Origin: a virus
Taxonomy: Duplodnaviria; Caudoviricetes
Strand: one strand, 5' to 3'
DNA length: 31,385 nucleotides
Virus record (IMG/VR): IMGVR_UViG_3300021560_000053
Coordinates: 1 to 31,385 of that record
Below the pieces are notes generated by a model. The model had not been told where the DNA came from, did not search any database, and worked only from the letters and a program-made list of their open reading frames with translations. The translations under genes and the position numbers were made by a program. Numbering within the stretch: the stretch's first letter is position 1; each line of letters opens with the position of its first letter. Shown here in pieces: positions 29,665 through 31,385 of the stretch.

Positions 29665-30446
29665 TAGAGGTACGGCCAGTACTGGCCGCCGTTGTAGGTG
29701 TCGCCGGGGGTGCGCGGCTCCATGCCGCCCAGCAGGTTGTTCTGCGTCCGGTCCTCGTGGATCAGCGCCAGCAGATTCTTCAGCGCCGTGTTGTACTCCA
29801 GCTCCCACGGCATCACACCCCGCGCGGTCGCCTGCTCCTTGTAATAGCTGCCCTCAACCAGCATCGCGGCGTACAACGTGACCACCCGCTTGGCCTTCGG
29901 CCAGTGCGCCGGGTCGAACTGCGAAGGCAGGCCGTTCAGCACGTCATCGACCGCCTGGTCGATCAGCACCTCGACCTCCACGTCGGTCGGCCGCGTCTGC
30001 GAGTCGAACGTCGTGACCTCGGTCAGGTCATCGTGGATCGTGCGGGTCCGTTCCAGCTTCGCCACGTCATCGACGGTTGGCGTGACCGCATCCGGGTCGA
30101 TCGGCGGATAGTCGGTCCCGCCGACGCCCGTAATGTAGGTCGGCGAAGTGATCGTCAGCGGGATGAACACCTCATAGTCGGGCGGCTCCGGGTCGTTCGT
30201 GCGCCACACGAAGTTGAACGAGCCGGTGTCCGGAATCTGCTGGAGAGTCACTGTCCATACACCCGCGCTGAGGACGCCCAGGACGTACGCTGAGGCGATC
30301 GCGCGGCTTACCGGGACCTCGACCCTGGCCCCGAGCACATCACCGGGAGGAATGCCTCCAGGCGGGTCGGCTATGGACGCGGTGATGGCCTGACCGGCAG
30401 GGACCTGCCAGCCCGCTAGGGCGTCAGGAACCGTGCCGGTCGACAC
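29661..30446 (-). CDS. Head-tail adaptor with extra N-terminal beta domain
   Basis: PTVDDVAKLERTRT...FDSQTRPTDVEVEVLIDQAVDDV...LYAAMLVEGSYY helical adaptor; about 100-aa beta-rich N-terminus. Confidence 0.7.
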   Translation of the reverse strand: MSTGTVPDALAGWQVPAGQAITASIADPPGGIPPGDVLGARVEVPVSRAIASAYVLGVLSAGVWTVTLQQIPDTGSFNFVWRTNDPEPPDYEVFIPLTITSPTYITGVGGTDYPPIDPDAVTPTVDDVAKLERTRTIHDDLTEVTTFDSQTRPTDVEVEVLIDQAVDDVLNGLPSQFDPAHWPKAKRVVTLYAAMLVEGSYYKEQATARGVMPWELEYNTALKNLLALIHEDRTQNNLLGGMEPRTPGDTYNGGQYWPYLY

Positions 30447-30448
30447 AC

Positions 30449-30745
30449 CTACTCCGCCGCCTTACGCGCTGTCCCGCGCGGCTTGGCCTCAGCCGTCTCC
30501 TCGGCGGGCGCCGCGTGCTCCTCGGCCAGATTGCCCGACTCATCGAGCTGATGCTTGTAGGCGGCTACCGAAGCGCCCAGGCCCGCGCCACGCGCGACCG
30601 GATCGCCTGTGAACGGGGTCTTGCCTTCCTCGTCCTCGAACCAGCCTTCAGGGACCGGTTGCCCGGCGAACACTTGCCGCCTGACGAACGTGTCCGGCCC
30701 CGCCTGCTCGTAGACGTAGGTGTCCTTAGTTGCCTTGATTGCCAT
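30449..30745 (-). CDS. Small capsid-associated hypothetical protein
   Basis: GGAGG SD, directly after the MCP; basic tail KPRGTARKAAE. Confidence 0.75.
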   Translation of the reverse strand: MAIKATKDTYVYEQAGPDTFVRRQVFAGQPVPEGWFEDEEGKTPFTGDPVARGAGLGASVAAYKHQLDESGNLAEEHAAPAEETAEAKPRGTARKAAE

Positions 30746-30754
30746 GTGTCCTCC

Positions 30755-31385
30755 TTAGCCCAGCGGTGCCTTGGCGAAGCCCGCCGGACGCCAGACCGGG
30801 AAGGCGATCCGCGTCTCCGCCAGGACCGTGACCCGGTTGCGGATGAAGTCGTCCTGGTCAGCGTCGGATGTCTTGACGGTCACGCCCTCGCGCACCAGGA
30901 CGGTCGCTGAGGCGGAGTCACCCACCAGCGGGTTGGCCTGCGCGATGATCCGGTTGCGGGTCACGGTGAGGCCCCACAGGGTCTGCGTGCGCGCGACGGT
31001 CGGCAGCGAGACGCCGCCCGCCCACGACTCGATGCCACCCGGCTCCTCCAGCAGGTAGGTCCCGGCGGTGGACGCCTTCAGGATCGCCATGTTCTGCCAC
31101 GACACCGGGTTCAGCACGATGAAGTCCGGGTCCACGTCGGACAGGACCACGGCCGTGATCGCGCGCAGGATGCCGTCCGCGATGTTGTCACCGGCCACGG
31201 AAGCCGGAGCACCGATGCCCGCCGTGTTCAGGATGCCCAGGATGTTCTGGCCGGTGCCGTCACCCTGGAGGATCTGGTTCTCCATCCGGCGCCGCACGTC
31301 GTACGGCAGGAGCTGGTTCACCAGCGCGGTCAGCCCGGCCATGTCGTCCATCGCCTGCCGCGCCATCTTGGCGTAGCCCGCGATC
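30755..31385 (-). CDS. Major capsid protein, HK97 fold (C-terminal part; runs off the right edge)
   Basis: RQAMDD...ENQILQGDGTGQNILGILN...IVLNPVSW...LWGL.V...DDFIRNRVTVLAETR...RPAGF. Confidence 0.95.
   Translation of the reverse strand, partial: IAGYAKMARQAMDDMAGLTALVNQLLPYDVRRRMENQILQGDGTGQNILGILNTAGIGAPASVAGDNIADGILRAITAVVLSDVDPDFIVLNPVSWQNMAILKASTAGTYLLEEPGGIESWAGGVSLPTVARTQTLWGLTVTRNRIIAQANPLVGDSASATVLVREGVTVKTSDADQDDFIRNRVTVLAETRIAFPVWRPAGFAKAPLG

Noticed and set aside
1-31385. tRNA, rRNA, integrase, att site or recoded stop codons
   Set aside because: None recognisable; genes are intact under the standard code, and lifestyle cannot be determined from this window

Overview
A high-GC (roughly 65-70% by eye) fragment of a tailed phage or prophage with a contractile tail. 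The host is probably an actinobacterium (inference from GC, -10-dominated promoters and lysis-gene style). Reading the minus strand from the right end: an HK97-type major capsid (truncated), head-tail adaptor, neck, terminator, sheath, tube, a tail chaperone with a -1 frameshift, a short tape measure, baseplate genes, two tail-collar fibres and an amidase lysis cassette (13999-31385). An early block follows, with a RecA/AAA_25 helicase, a possible ART-like zinc protein plus small peptide, and an HTH protein (10684-13730). A plus-strand island of fibre-like genes, including a 1311-aa triple-LamG protein, interrupts the early region (5154-10600). A recombination/replication block closes the window: Cas4-like exonuclease, Sak4-like ATPase, SSB, HNH-like, Hjc-like and PKD proteins (121-5110). 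The most notable non-annotated signals are four. (1) A dispersed family of 37-39 bp bipartite inverted repeats, CTTGGCCnnAWGT-N-ACWTnnGGCCAAG, mostly at gene junctions. (2) Three promoters that appear to start leaderless MAI- micro-ORFs coupled to the next gene, part of a wider GGCAATCC start-associated motif. (3) Repeated domain insertions or fusions in core virion proteins: nested LamG, a CBM inside gp25, and a spike fused to a collar fibre. (4) Count-matched complementary pentapeptide repeats in the two fibre needles. All family calls are from motif recognition only; no database searches were run.
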